Of a stretch of DNA of 24,000 nucleotides, positions 1-9,139 are shown piece after piece. The DNA comes from Enterococcus sp. (GTDB taxonomy: Bacteria > Bacillota > Bacilli > Lactobacillales > Enterococcaceae). Under the pieces are notes generated by a model. That model was not told the DNA's origin. It worked only from the letters and a program-made list of their open reading frames with translations, and did no database searches. A program made the position numbers and the translations under genes. The stretch spans positions 1 through 24,000 of the forward strand of contig NZ_JALAHI010000156.1 of NCBI RefSeq assembly GCF_022711995.1, in the 5' to 3' direction. Each line of letters begins with the position of its first letter. Positions within the stretch are counted from its first letter, which is position 1.

Positions 1-470
1 CCACTGTTACGTCGACAGCTGGTACAGGATGTTTCGTATACACATACGTCACGGTTTGCGCTTGATCACTCAATGTTCCCGTGCCATTTGTTGGCAACTG
101 CGTATCGTCTATTGTATAACCGGTAATGGACAATTTGTACGCATCTGTCGTGGCATCATAAGTATCGCCAATATTCCCTGAGATTGCTTGTGGTGCATGA
201 ATCTCGTTGCCATCGATATCCACATATTCCACCGTTACGTCGACAGCTGGTACAGGATCTTTCGTATACACGTACGTCACGGTTTGCGCTTGGTCACTCA
301 ATGTTCCCGTGCCATTTGTTGGCAACTGCGTAGCATCTAATGTATAACCGGTAATTGACAGTTTGTACGTATCCGTCGTGGCATCATAAGTATCGCCTAC
401 ATTTCCTGAGATTGCTTGTGAGGCATGGATCTCATTGCCATCGGTATCCACATATTCCACCGTGAAATCT
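1..470. repeat. 228-bp (76-codon) tandem repeat encoding consecutive MucBP units; at least 2 copies and continuing beyond the left edge
   Basis: Positions 1-228 align with 229-456 without gaps. I counted 19 mismatches by hand, about 92% identity. The period is exactly 228 bp: ccactgttacgtcgacagctgg at 1, ccaccgttacgtcgacagctgg at 229, and a diverged start at 457. Confidence 0.9.
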
Positions 471-1765
471 GCAGCTGTCTCATGATGTTTGAGAGCAAAT
501 TGGTGCAAATAGGTGCCTGAAGAAATCGAATAAAAACTATAGCCATCAGGTTGCGCGTACGTTCCAGCAGGATTGTTTACAAAACAATTGTATTCCATGG
601 TTTGAATGTCTTCAAACGCTTCTGGTGTAATACCAGAGACTGTGATTCCTTGATCGGTAATCGTTAATTGAGAAGAAGGAAGCTGAACACCATTCAAATC
701 AAAGTACGTTTGACTCTGGCTGTTCGATGTTGTGAATGGCGGCACATATCCGTCAAAATTTGTGAGTCGGTTTGGCATAATCGAAAATGGAACAAAAAAT
801 GACTCCGTGGTACTGTCATAATTCAATACCTTAGCCGATAAGTTAGTCACTTCATCAAGTCTCCCGGTATTTTGACCATGAGCCGCAAGGTTTTCTAAGA
901 CAGGAAAATTGTTGATCACAGTAAAATCACTGACCCCACAAAATTGAATACGCAATTCATTTAAATTCGGCAATGAAGCCAATGGCGCAATCGTGGTAAT
1001 ATTCATATTCGATTCAAAAGTAAGTGATTCTAAATTATTCATTTTAAGAATTTTCGGATAAACAGCATTCGTTACATTAGCCGAAGAAAGATTCAGCCTA
1101 GTAAGATTATCCCCAAAATCAGGAACATTGTCGTCTGTAACATTAGCCCCCATTAAATAAGCATAGACTAAACTATTTATCTTAGTTAACACCGAGAAAT
1201 CAGAAATCTGATTGGTTCCGTTCATGTAAAAGGAAGACAGGCTTGTAGCATATTCCAAACCGGTTAAATCAGCAAGAGCTGCATCAGTCGAATAGATATA
1301 GATTGTCTTCATTTTACTGATTTTTTCTTTGGTGATTTCTGATACTTCGATTCCTAATGCATTTGCCACAATTGACTGCAAAGTAGGATCTGGTAACCAA
1401 CTAGAAAGGTCGTCCGCATTCGCATCATTGGCATCAGCAAATGTTCTCGGATGTACTTGTGGATTAGAATCTGTGGATTCACTCGTTTCATCCTCTTTTT
1501 CAGTAGAGGATGTGGCAGGAAGCGTAGTTCCTGTTGTTCCTGTTGTTTCTGTCGCAGATTCACTTTCAGAAGTTGTTTCTTCAGACGAAGAAACAGTTGT
1601 GGAAGATTCAGTATCCTTCGCAACTGAATCCGCGGAAGATTCTTGAGCGCTATCAGACTGTGGCAGATAATTCTCTTCCTCTGCCAATACCGTTAGGAAT
1701 GGGGAAGCAAGTGACGACTGGAACAAGACAAATACAGATACATACCCAAATATTTTGCGTTTCAT
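1..1765 (-). CDS. Secreted LRR (internalin-like) surface adhesin with MucBP repeats; only the N-terminal ~588 codons are present and the ORF runs off the left edge
   Basis: Absent from the ORF track because it has no stop in the window. Reverse-strand ATG at 1765-1763 is preceded by GGAGA (complement of 1771-1775). Hand translation gives MKRKIFGYVSVFVLFQSSLASPFLTVLAEEE (signal peptide), then an acidic S/T/E-rich spacer. Leu/Asn-rich ~22-residue repeats follow (LTGLEYATSLSSFYMNGTNQISDFSVLTKINSLVYAYLMGANVTD...). After those come VEYVDxDGNEIHAxQAISGNxGDTYDATTDxYKLSITGYT units typical of MucBP domains. The frame was hand-checked for 1261-1765 and ~421-481; the region between was read by eye. Confidence 0.85.
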   Translation of the reverse strand, partial: MKRKIFGYVSVFVLFQSSLASPFLTVLAEEENYLPQSDSAQESSADSVAKDTESSTTVSSSEETTSESESATETTGTTGTTLPATSSTEKEDETSESTDSNPQVHPRTFADANDANADDLSSWLPDPTLQSIVANALGIEVSEITKEKISKMKTIYIYSTDAALADLTGLEYATSLSSFYMNGTNQISDFSVLTKINSLVYAYLMGANVTDDNVPDFGDNLTRLNLSSANVTNAVYPKILKMNNLESLTFESNMNITTIAPLASLPNLNELRIQFCGVSDFTVINNFPVLENLAAHGQNTGRLDEVTNLSAKVLNYDSTTESFFVPFSIMPNRLTNFDGYVPPFTTSNSQSQTYFDLNGVQLPSSQLTITDQGITVSGITPEAFEDIQTMEYNCFVNNPAGTYAQPDGYSFYSISSGTYLHQFALKHHETAADFTVEYVDTDGNEIHASQAISGNVGDTYDATTDTYKLSITGYTLDATQLPTNGTGTLSDQAQTVTYVYTKDPVPAVDVTVEYVDIDGNEIHAPQAISGNIGDTYDATTDAYKLSITGYTIDDTQLPTNGTGTLSDQAQTVTYVYTKHPVPAVDVTV

Positions 1766-2151
1766 GTTAATCTCCTTTTAAGCTAATTATCATCTCTTTT
1801 TTCTAATCATTTTCTAACTATTTTCATATTATACGAAAATTTTGAAATAGTAAAATTATAACTTATATTGAAATATAACACGCCCCTATAGTCGCTTTCA
1901 CACCCCATTTACGCCATTTCATTTGTTAAAAATAAGCAGCCCATCTGAGCCTATTCATTGACAAAAAAATTTAACCAAAATTTCTCAAAGAAAAATATTG
2001 TTATCTTTCTCATTAAATGGTTGATGAACTGTCCTTTTCTATTTATGGAAAATAAAAAAATTCAAAAGAATACTTTACGAAGAAACACCACCATTTCTTT
2101 CCCTTATCACTGCCAAATAATCATCTTTTTTTCCAACAATTCTTTCACAGC

Positions 2152-2185
2152 AAAAAAGTCCAAACAGGATACTCTCCCGCTGGAC
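2152..2185 (-). terminator. Possible intrinsic terminator downstream of the GNAT gene
   Basis: Minus-strand stem gtcca/tggac (2158-2162 and 2181-2185) with extra interrupted pairing, followed by a T-run (A6 at 2152-2157 on the plus strand). The stem is weak and interrupted. Confidence 0.35.
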
Positions 2186-2252
2186 TGATGTTTTGCTTCT
2201 TTTGATTTTATTTGGTCATAACAAACTAGATTGACAATATCAATTAACGGAA

Positions 2253-2828
2253 TTAGTGATCCCTTTTATTGGAAACACCCATTCTACTCTGCATTCTTTG
2301 CCATTCTTCTCGAAGTACACCATATTTTACGGAATCATAATAGTGCCCTTCCCAATAGCGAACTTTGCGGATCTGGGCTTCTTTGGTCATGCCTAGCTTT
2401 TCTCCTAGTTTCATCATCCGGTGATTACCGGACCACGTGGTGTAACCGACACGCTGGATATGAGGCTCTGCTTCAAACAAATCATGGATCCACTGCCGAA
2501 TTGCTTGACTGCCGATGCCTTGATTCCAAAGGGAAGCGTCATAGATGGCTATACCGAACTCCAGCCATTGCTGTAAGTTGTTGTCTTCCCAATAAGCGGT
2601 AGCGATCCCCACGACTCTTCCTTGATAAATGATCGCTTTGCGCAACGGATTATCGATACAGCTAGCGCCAAACCCCATTCGAAATTCTTCCCAAGTCAAC
2701 ACAGGATCTTGAAAATAAGGACCATCCCATTTCTTCCATTCTAAATCTGCCTTAGGTCCATAGCTGATCGACCAAAGTTCCTTGAGGTTTTCTTGGGTGA
2801 TTGCTTTTAACTGAATATGTTTTTCCAT
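2253..2828 (-). CDS. GNAT family N-acetyltransferase (RimJ/RimL-like)
   Basis: The ORF-track entry 2253..2843 begins at a TTG lying inside AAAGGAG. The ATG at 2828 (MEKHIQLKAITQENL...) sits 4 nt after that AGGAG. The segment QGRVVGIATAYWED...WNQGIGSQAIRQWIHDLF is typical of a GNAT acetyl-CoA binding region. Confidence 0.8.
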   Translation of the reverse strand: MEKHIQLKAITQENLKELWSISYGPKADLEWKKWDGPYFQDPVLTWEEFRMGFGASCIDNPLRKAIIYQGRVVGIATAYWEDNNLQQWLEFGIAIYDASLWNQGIGSQAIRQWIHDLFEAEPHIQRVGYTTWSGNHRMMKLGEKLGMTKEAQIRKVRYWEGHYYDSVKYGVLREEWQRMQSRMGVSNKRDH

Positions 2829-2873
2829 CTTTCTCCTTTTCAAACATCAAACGGTTGAAATCAAAAACTGAAT

Positions 2874-3362
2874 CTATTTCTTTTTGCCAAATAGACGTTG
2901 TAGAAAGCCCGTTTTTTCGGACGTTGGTTCTTTGACTGCCACTGTGCTACCAGCGTCCTTCCATTTTCTCTGAAACGTAAGATTATCTTGTAAAAGCAAT
3001 CCATTTAATTCAAGGATCCCTTTTAATCCAGCGATCGTTCGTCGCAACTCCCCCTCTTGTTGACCATAGAAATCCTTCTTCCCATTATCCTCAAGTTTTT
3101 CCAACTGCTGGATCAACTCTCGAAGTATTTGAGATTGATCTCCCAGAATAGCTGATATTTCTTCCACTTGACTTTCTTCTAACGTTGATGCCGTTTCATA
3201 AGTTGTTACTAAAGACAAACTATCGGCATAATCTTTTAAGTCAAAAAGAAACGTTTGGCTCGCTTCATCTTCGCTGATTGATGTTTGTATCAATCGTTTT
3301 TGTAACGCTTCCAATTGTTTTTGTTGAACGAGTAATTCGAATACCAATGTTTCTGTGTTCAT
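2874..3362 (-). CDS. Hypothetical cytoplasmic coiled-coil protein (162 aa)
   Basis: The track start at 3371 is a GTG inside AGGAGGTGG. The ATG at 3362 (MNTETLVFELL...) lies 8 nt after AGGAGG. The sequence is Q/E/L-rich with heptad character and has no signal peptide or TM segment. I recognise no family. It lies 45 nt upstream of the GNAT gene on the same strand. Confidence 0.65.
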   Translation of the reverse strand: MNTETLVFELLVQQKQLEALQKRLIQTSISEDEASQTFLFDLKDYADSLSLVTTYETASTLEESQVEEISAILGDQSQILRELIQQLEKLEDNGKKDFYGQQEGELRRTIAGLKGILELNGLLLQDNLTFQRKWKDAGSTVAVKEPTSEKTGFLQRLFGKKK

Positions 3363-3557
3363 CGGTACCACCTCCTAGTAATATTGTCATGTTTTTCCTT
3401 TGCTTCGTCAAGAAGTCGTTGCTCTATTTTTCAAAATAGTTTGTAGCTAAAAAAGCAACCACTGTACCTTATGCTATTGAATAATCAACCTACTTGTTTT
3501 AACATTACACTTATTAATCATTTCAAACCTTTCACTTTAATAAACAGGGGTGAACTC

Positions 3558-3959
3558 ATGAAAAAAATTGTTCTTTCCGGAAGTCTTCACTTTCAATCAG
3601 AGTTGCAGGAACTCGCTGAAAACCTGACAGAAAAAGGATATCAGATTCTAAACTATCCCAAGCCAACCGCTGATTTATCAAAAGAATTTCCTTCTTTGTT
3701 TACTCATTTTTACAAAAGCATTGAAGAAGCAGACATTTTCTATTTGTACAATCATAAGAAAAATGGGGTAGCTGGTTCTATCGGTGCTGCCGGTTTTGCT
3801 GAAGCTACTTATGCGCTTTGTCGCAAGTTGCTTCACAATCAAAAAATCGATCTTGTTTTTTTAGAACAGCCAGATGAGGCGGTTGCTTGCTTTGAAGAAA
3901 TCCACCAGTGGCAACAAAACGACTGGGTAACAATAGGAGAGCTTCCTTGGTTTAAATAA
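3558..3959 (+). CDS. Hypothetical 133-aa protein; possibly a nucleoside 2-deoxyribosyltransferase-like Rossmann fold (low-confidence guess)
   Basis: The track ORF 3471..3959 has a long AT-rich leader with no RBS. The ATG at 3558 is preceded by CAGGGGTGAACTC. The pattern MKKIVLSGSLHF...EEADIFYLYN...GSIGAAGFAEATYA resembles small NDT-like or DUF4406-type proteins. That call is from memory only. Confidence 0.6.
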   Translation: MKKIVLSGSLHFQSELQELAENLTEKGYQILNYPKPTADLSKEFPSLFTHFYKSIEEADIFYLYNHKKNGVAGSIGAAGFAEATYALCRKLLHNQKIDLVFLEQPDEAVACFEEIHQWQQNDWVTIGELPWFK

Positions 3960-4001
3960 GCTCCGCTATAGCTACTTTTTTAAATTAGGCATACAACAAA
4001 T

Positions 4002-4032
4002 ATCCCCTCGGCAGCTAAGATACCGAGGGGAT
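4002..4032. terminator. Intrinsic terminator between convergent genes, mainly serving adhE
   Basis: Perfect 10-bp stem atcccctcgg (4002-4011) / ccgaggggat (4023-4032) with an 11-nt loop. On the minus strand a T-rich tract (atatttgttg) follows the stem, 16 nt past the adhE stop. Confidence 0.7.
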
Positions 4033-4047
4033 TGGTGTATTCATTGC

Positions 4048-6639
4048 TTAGCCGTTATAAGCATCCACAATGATTTGTTTCAATTCAGAAATCAATGGTT
4101 CTTTAGGGTTAGCTGTTGTACATTGGTCTTCGTAAGCCAATTCAGCCATACGATCTACAGTTGAATCCAATACTTCTTGAGTCACGCCTTGTGCTTTCAA
4201 GTTCATATCGATACCAACTTTTCTACCCAAATCATAAACGGCAGTTGCTAAAGCTTCCACTAGTTCCGCAGTTGTTTCTCCTTTAAGACCTAAGAATTTC
4301 GCGATGTCTGCGTAATCTGTGTCAGCACGGAAGAAATCATATTTAGGGAACATTGCATGCTTTTGAGGATCTTTGGCATTGTAACGGATGATATGCGGTA
4401 AAAGAATCGCATTGGTACGTCCGTGAGGAATACCATATTCTCCCCCAATTTTGTGAGCAACTGAGTGACAAATACCTAGGAATGCATTGGCGAAGGCCAT
4501 ACCTGCCATTGTTGAGGCATTATGCATTTTTTCGCGAGATTCCATGTCTGGTGTTTTCACTGATTTTTCTAAATAGTCAAAGACTAATTTGATTGCTTGT
4601 AGACTCAACCCACGAGTGTAGTCAGAAGCCATTACTGAAACATAAGATTCAATCGCATGGGTCAATACATCCATACCTGTGTCTGCTGTAACAGATGCAG
4701 GGACTGACATAACAAATTGAGGGTCAACGATTGCTACATCTGGTGTCAACGCGTAATCAGCTAATGGGTATTTCACGTGCGTATCGCTATCTGTGATAAC
4801 CGCAAAAGGAGTTACTTCAGAACCTGTACCAGAAGTTGTTGGGATACATACAAATTGTGTTTTTTCTGGTTTGTCGATCTTGTATGTCCGTTTACGAATA
4901 TCCAAGAATTTTTGTTTTGCGCCAAAGAAAGATGTATCTGGGTGTTCATAGAACATCCACATGCCTTTCGCAGCATCCATTGCAGATCCACCACCAAGGG
5001 CGATCACTGTATCTGGTTTGAAATCAACCATCATCTTCGTACCAGCGTAAACCGTATTTGTTGATGGGTTTGGTTCTACATCTGAGAAGACTTCGATTTT
5101 GACATCATTTTTACGACGAGCTAGAACTTCGCGAACGGTATCGCAGTAGCCGAATTGAACCATTCCTGGGTCACAAACGATCATGACACGTTCAACATTT
5201 TCCATTTTCTCTAAGTACAATAGAGAGTTCTTTTCAAAGAAGATTTTTGGCGGTAATTTAAACCATTGCATATTATTTCTCCGTTTCGCTACAGTTTTAA
5301 CGTTGATCAAGTTCACAGCAGAAACATTACGAGAAACAGAGTTCTTTCCGTATGAACCACAACCAAGTGTCAATGAAGGGATCATTTCATTGTAAATATT
5401 ACCGATACCACCTTCAGCAGATGGTGTGTTCACCAAGATACGGCAAGCTTTCATGCGTAGGCCAAATGCCAATTGCAAGTCTTCATTTTCTGTGTGGATA
5501 ACCGCTGTATGTCCTAATCCACCTAAATCAAGCATCGCTTCACATTTTTGGAAAGCATCTTCTGTGTTGTTTGCTTTGATCATCGCTAGAACTGGAGAAA
5601 GTTTTTCGCGAGATAATGGGTAATCTGCACCCACGCCATCTAGTTCTGCAATCAATAATTTTGTACCTTCTGGCACTTTGATACCTGCTAGTTTAGCGAT
5701 ATCCATTGCTGAATGACCAACGATTGCTGGATTTACAGCATATTTGCCTTCATTCATCACTGCATCTTCAAGTTTTTGCAATTCTTTTGGTTTTACCACA
5801 TATACTTGATGGGCTTCAAATTCTGCTTTAACGGCTGCGTAGACTTCTTTATCAACGATCACTGCTTGTTCAGAAGCACAAATCATTCCGTTATCAAATG
5901 TTTTTGAAACGATCAAGTCGTTGACGGCGCGTTTGATTTTTGCAGTTTTTTCAATGTAAGAAGGAACGTTACCTGGTCCTACACCTAGAGCTGGTTTTCC
6001 TGTTGAGTATGCGGCTTTGACCATGCCTGCACCACCAGTTGCCAATACGATGGCGATCCCTGGGTGATTCATCAATAAACCTGTTGCTTCGATTGATGGA
6101 TGTTCGATCCATTGCACACAGTTTTCTGGCGCACCAGCTGCGATCGCTGCATCACGAACGATCCGTGCTGCTTCTGCTGAACATTTTTGAGCAGATGGAT
6201 GGAAAGCAAAGACGATTGGGTTACGGGTTTTCAACGCGATCATCGCTTTGAAGATCGTTGTTGATGTTGGGTTAGTTGTTGGTGTTACCCCACAGACAAC
6301 CCCAACTGGTTCAGCAATTTCGATCAAACCTTTTTGTTTGTCTTCATTGATCACGCCAACTGTTTTGTCATGTTTGATGCTATTCCAAATATATTCTGAA
6401 GCATACATATTTTTGATTGCTTTATCTTCGTAGATTCCGCGTCCAGTTTCTTCAACTGCCATTTTCGCAAGTGGCATATGTTTGTCTAAGGCTGCCATTG
6501 CCATTTCGTGTACGATATGGTCAACTTTCTCTTGATCAAAGTTTTCCATTTCTTTTAAGGCCACGTTTGCTTTTTTTGCAAGATCATCGATCATTGCTTG
6601 TACATCAATTGTTACTTCTTTTTCCAATGTCTTAGCCAT
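4048..6639 (-). CDS. adhE: Bifunctional acetaldehyde-CoA / alcohol dehydrogenase
   Basis: 863 aa. The N-terminal half is ALDH-like ([23 protein letters not shown]). The C-terminal half is an iron-type ADH ([10 protein letters not shown], HxxxH region [16 protein letters not shown]). ATG at 6639 with GGAGGA 7 nt upstream. Confidence 0.97.
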   Translation of the reverse strand: MAKTLEKEVTIDVQAMIDDLAKKANVALKEMENFDQEKVDHIVHEMAMAALDKHMPLAKMAVEETGRGIYEDKAIKNMYASEYIWNSIKHDKTVGVINEDKQKGLIEIAEPVGVVCGVTPTTNPTSTTIFKAMIALKTRNPIVFAFHPSAQKCSAEAARIVRDAAIAAGAPENCVQWIEHPSIEATGLLMNHPGIAIVLATGGAGMVKAAYSTGKPALGVGPGNVPSYIEKTAKIKRAVNDLIVSKTFDNGMICASEQAVIVDKEVYAAVKAEFEAHQVYVVKPKELQKLEDAVMNEGKYAVNPAIVGHSAMDIAKLAGIKVPEGTKLLIAELDGVGADYPLSREKLSPVLAMIKANNTEDAFQKCEAMLDLGGLGHTAVIHTENEDLQLAFGLRMKACRILVNTPSAEGGIGNIYNEMIPSLTLGCGSYGKNSVSRNVSAVNLINVKTVAKRRNNMQWFKLPPKIFFEKNSLLYLEKMENVERVMIVCDPGMVQFGYCDTVREVLARRKNDVKIEVFSDVEPNPSTNTVYAGTKMMVDFKPDTVIALGGGSAMDAAKGMWMFYEHPDTSFFGAKQKFLDIRKRTYKIDKPEKTQFVCIPTTSGTGSEVTPFAVITDSDTHVKYPLADYALTPDVAIVDPQFVMSVPASVTADTGMDVLTHAIESYVSVMASDYTRGLSLQAIKLVFDYLEKSVKTPDMESREKMHNASTMAGMAFANAFLGICHSVAHKIGGEYGIPHGRTNAILLPHIIRYNAKDPQKHAMFPKYDFFRADTDYADIAKFLGLKGETTAELVEALATAVYDLGRKVGIDMNLKAQGVTQEVLDSTVDRMAELAYEDQCTTANPKEPLISELKQIIVDAYNG

Positions 6640-6669
6640 TGTAATCCTCCTAGTTCGTTAACAATTTAT

Positions 6670-6687
6670 TTGTTAATTACTTCACAT
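6670..6687. promoter_or_regulatory. Candidate Rex operator 1, just downstream of the adhE -10
   Basis: TTGTTAATTACTTCACAT matches the Firmicute Rex consensus TTGTGAA-N4-TTCACAA at 12 of 14 specified positions. Confidence 0.55.
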
Positions 6688-6691
6688 ACAC

Positions 6692-6720
6692 ATCATACAA
6701 CATCTCTTTTTATTTGTAAA
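6692..6720 (-). promoter_or_regulatory. Candidate sigma-A promoter of adhE
   Basis: On the minus strand: TTTACA (6720-6715), 17 nt, TATGAT (6697-6692). It lies about 50 nt upstream of the ATG. Confidence 0.5.
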
Positions 6721-6726
6721 CAATTT

Positions 6727-6744
6727 TTGTGATTTTTTTCACAG
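6727..6744. promoter_or_regulatory. Candidate Rex operator 2, just upstream of the adhE -35
   Basis: TTGTGATTTTTTTCACAG contains a perfect TGTGA-N6-TCACA inverted repeat (6728-6743). It matches the Rex consensus at 12 of 14 specified positions. Confidence 0.55.
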
Positions 6745-6864
6745 TTTTTAAAAATAAGTTAAATCAACCGTTTACAAGACCTCAAGTTATTTTAAAACGT
6801 TTTTTATCGAATGGGAAGTTCATGTGCTTTATTGAGCAATCAGTGATCGTACCTTGCTTTTTCA

Positions 6865-6907
6865 AGAAAAAAAACCGATTTATTTGATTGTCTTTCAAAT
6901 AAATCGA
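6865..6907 (-). terminator. Intrinsic terminator ending the asparaginase / EIIC / M42 operon
   Basis: Stem ccgatttatttga (6875-6887) / tcaaataaatcg (6895-6906). On the minus strand a run of 8 T follows (A8 at 6867-6874 on the plus strand). Confidence 0.8.
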
Positions 6908-6967
6908 TTCTAAGTATTTACTGGAACTGAATTTAGCTTTGTATCCACGAAGAGGAACAATAACATC

Positions 6968-8047
6968 CTATTCCCAAATTTTGAAAGAGCGTATCTCCTC
7001 GGAGGAAAGCTTTTTCAAAAATTCGCTCAATAAAAGGATGGTTTGCAGGCAATCCTGTTTATGAATGATCAATCTCGAGGAATGCATATATCTTGTTGGA
7101 ATCGAGACTGTCATGGCGACGACACCTGTCATTGCTTTGTGGATATTGCAAGCATCTGTTCCACCAACAGTCATGAAGTCATGGCGATAAGACAATTTTT
7201 GTGCCGTTGCAATCTCCTCCATTTTGGCAAGCAGTTCGCTATTGCCGATCGTCAAAGAATCCAAAACGGAAAGTACGGGCCCTTTTCCTAGCTCTAATCC
7301 CCCTTGATCAAAGGGTGTGTCTACAGCCGTGGTAACATCTAATGCAATCGCCAAATCGGGCTTAATGCTATGGGCAGCTGTGCGGGCACCACGTATTCCG
7401 ACTTCTTCTTGAGTCGTTGCCGCAAAATAAACATCAACAGCTAGCTCTTCTTTGGCTAAAGCTTTCATGATCTCAATGCAGACCCCCACACAAACTCGGT
7501 CATCCCACGCTTTCCCTAGCAAGTAATTCGGATCATTCATTTCACGAAAGGCGGTCTTAGGTGTCACCATGTCGCCAATGTTTATTCCTAACTGGCGAAT
7601 GTATTCAGCTGACGGAACTCCCATATCTAAATAAAACTCATTTGCCGGGATCACTTTATTCTTTTCTTCCGGCGGCATCCCGTGGGGCGCACGGCTTCCA
7701 ATGACCCCTGTGTATTTCTTGCCTTCCATCGTCGTGACACGCATTTCTTGTGCAGGCATGACGTGTCCCCACCAGCCGCCTACCGGTAAGAGTTTCAAAT
7801 AGCCTTCTTTGGTAATTTGCCGTACCACGAAACCGACTTCGTCCATGTGGGCTGACAACATCACTTTGGGCGCATTCGCTTTAGAACTCTTTTTTACTAA
7901 GATCAATGAACCAAGGTTGTCATAGAAACAAGCGTCAACTGCTCCTTCTGCATATTTCTTCACGATTCTGGATACTTCTTTTTCTCGTCCGCCGATACCA
8001 TCGGCTTCACTTAATTCTTTTAGGATTTCTAAGTCTACAGCTCTCAT
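6968..8047 (-). CDS. M42 family metallo-aminopeptidase (FrvX/PepA/TET-like), catalytic residues intact
   Basis: 359 aa. Motifs SAHMDEVGF, AWDDR, TTQEEVGIRGA, ALDVT and IPTRYMHS correspond to the His/Asp/Glu-Glu/Asp/His dinuclear metal site of M42 peptidases. GGAGA RBS. Only 12 nt downstream of the preceding gene. Confidence 0.9.
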   Translation of the reverse strand: MRAVDLEILKELSEADGIGGREKEVSRIVKKYAEGAVDACFYDNLGSLILVKKSSKANAPKVMLSAHMDEVGFVVRQITKEGYLKLLPVGGWWGHVMPAQEMRVTTMEGKKYTGVIGSRAPHGMPPEEKNKVIPANEFYLDMGVPSAEYIRQLGINIGDMVTPKTAFREMNDPNYLLGKAWDDRVCVGVCIEIMKALAKEELAVDVYFAATTQEEVGIRGARTAAHSIKPDLAIALDVTTAVDTPFDQGGLELGKGPVLSVLDSLTIGNSELLAKMEEIATAQKLSYRHDFMTVGGTDACNIHKAMTGVVAMTVSIPTRYMHSSRLIIHKQDCLQTILLLSEFLKKLSSEEIRSFKIWE

Positions 8048-8059
8048 AGGGATCGTCTC

Positions 8060-9124
8060 CTAGCGGTTTTCTTCTTTGAATGAAACAATCGCTGCTTCGT
8101 CTAACTCTTTCAGAAAAAGATAGAGGGCTTGACTGACTGTTTCATAATCTTCTTGCGAAACAACTTGAGCTGCGGTGTTCATATTTCTTACAGGCATGTT
8201 CATAAATAAGACGGGACATCCTGTCCGTAATTTGTTGAACCAAGCACCGTCTGAGTCTTCTAATGAGAAATAATATTGATAAGGTAACGCTGCCTCTTCA
8301 CAGATTTTTCTTAATTCTTCCATCGGTAACCTATTGGGCAAAACGGATGGATCATAATACGTCAATAAAACCCCTTTGGAGAGCTCGCCTTGGCTATCGC
8401 CAGCATCTTCTTGATAATCCCAAGCTCGATTTGTATCTAAAATGATCGTTAGGTCTGGTGCAACCAAATTCGCTGCTGTTTGAGCCCCTCTGGCACCAAC
8501 TTGCTCCTGAACCGTACATCCGACATATAAATCGAAAGGAAAGCTGAGTTGATTTTCATAAATTTGATGCAACAGATTAATCGTTTGGTTAACAGAAATC
8601 CGACCATTCCAATTATGGGCGATCCATTCCTTCCCATTTTTGCTGACAGTGAATTTTGGGGCAAAGGTCACCATATCCCCCAAAGAAACTTCTTCTGACA
8701 AGGCTTCCGTTTTTGAAGAAAAGCCAAAATCTAGTAAAACGTCCTCTTTTCCCTGTACTTGGTTTGCTTTGTTTTGTCCTAAAATGACTCCCGGGAAGGT
8801 TTTCCCTTGACGATTGTACAAGTGGACTTCCTGTCCCAATAAGCTATTTGGCTCGATTTTCCCCATTATTAGTCCGCGAATCAAGCCGTTTTCTTCAATT
8901 TTTTTGACAATAAACCCAAGTTCATCCATATGAGCAGTCACTAAAACAGTAGCAGGATTCTCTTTTTCAGATTTAACGACGGCATAGATCGAACCTAGGT
9001 TGTCATAGATGATTTCATCGCAATAAGGTGCATAACACTCTTTCAATAATTTGGAGATTGTTTTTTCTCTTCCGGAAATCCCGGGAGTTTTGACCACTTT
9101 TTCCAGCTGATCCATTTGTCCCAT
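8060..9124 (-). CDS. M42 family peptidase paralog with a degenerate metal-binding site (likely non-catalytic subunit)
   Basis: The track start at 9136 is a GTG overlapping AAGGAG. The ATG at 9124 (MGQMDQLEKV...) lies 11 nt after it. The protein is M42-like throughout (TAHMDELGF, ILDTN). However WDDR is replaced by WNGR, QEEVG by QEQVG, and RYMHS by RNMNT. Confidence 0.85.
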   Translation of the reverse strand: MGQMDQLEKVVKTPGISGREKTISKLLKECYAPYCDEIIYDNLGSIYAVVKSEKENPATVLVTAHMDELGFIVKKIEENGLIRGLIMGKIEPNSLLGQEVHLYNRQGKTFPGVILGQNKANQVQGKEDVLLDFGFSSKTEALSEEVSLGDMVTFAPKFTVSKNGKEWIAHNWNGRISVNQTINLLHQIYENQLSFPFDLYVGCTVQEQVGARGAQTAANLVAPDLTIILDTNRAWDYQEDAGDSQGELSKGVLLTYYDPSVLPNRLPMEELRKICEEAALPYQYYFSLEDSDGAWFNKLRTGCPVLFMNMPVRNMNTAAQVVSQEDYETVSQALYLFLKELDEAAIVSFKEENR

Positions 9125-9139
9125 CTGCTTTACCACTCC

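Noticed and set aside
1329-1770. Track ORFs 1329..1646(+), 1354..1623(-) and 1534..1770(+)
   Set aside because: All lie within or opposite the S/T/E-rich low-complexity N-terminal region of the long minus-strand LRR adhesin ORF (1..1765). That ORF has a proper RBS, a signal peptide and domain content. These are frame shadows of biased composition.
1958-2602. Track ORFs 1958..2188(+) and 2231..2602(+)
   Set aside because: The first starts at a TTG in AT-rich intergenic DNA, has no RBS and gives a low-complexity product. The second is antisense to the well-supported GNAT gene.
2829-2843. N-terminal extensions from GTG/TTG starts in the ORF track: 2843, 3371, 3471, 9136, 9754, 13487, 15280, 16415 and 17618
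   Set aside because: In most cases the alternative start codon lies inside or immediately next to the Shine-Dalgarno sequence, for example GAGGTGaaaaaaATG. The 3471, 9754 and 17618 extensions instead lack an RBS and/or overlap the neighbouring gene. An ATG with proper 4-11 nt spacing follows in frame in every case.
4777-6635. About ten 60-95-aa plus- and minus-strand ORFs inside adhE
   Set aside because: They are antisense or off-frame within a highly conserved 863-aa gene. None has an RBS or a recognisable product.
6764-6777. Possible cre site (TGTAAACGGTTGAT on the minus strand) upstream of adhE
   Set aside because: Only the left half and the central CG match the cre consensus. The right half-site is lost, and the match is too weak to call.
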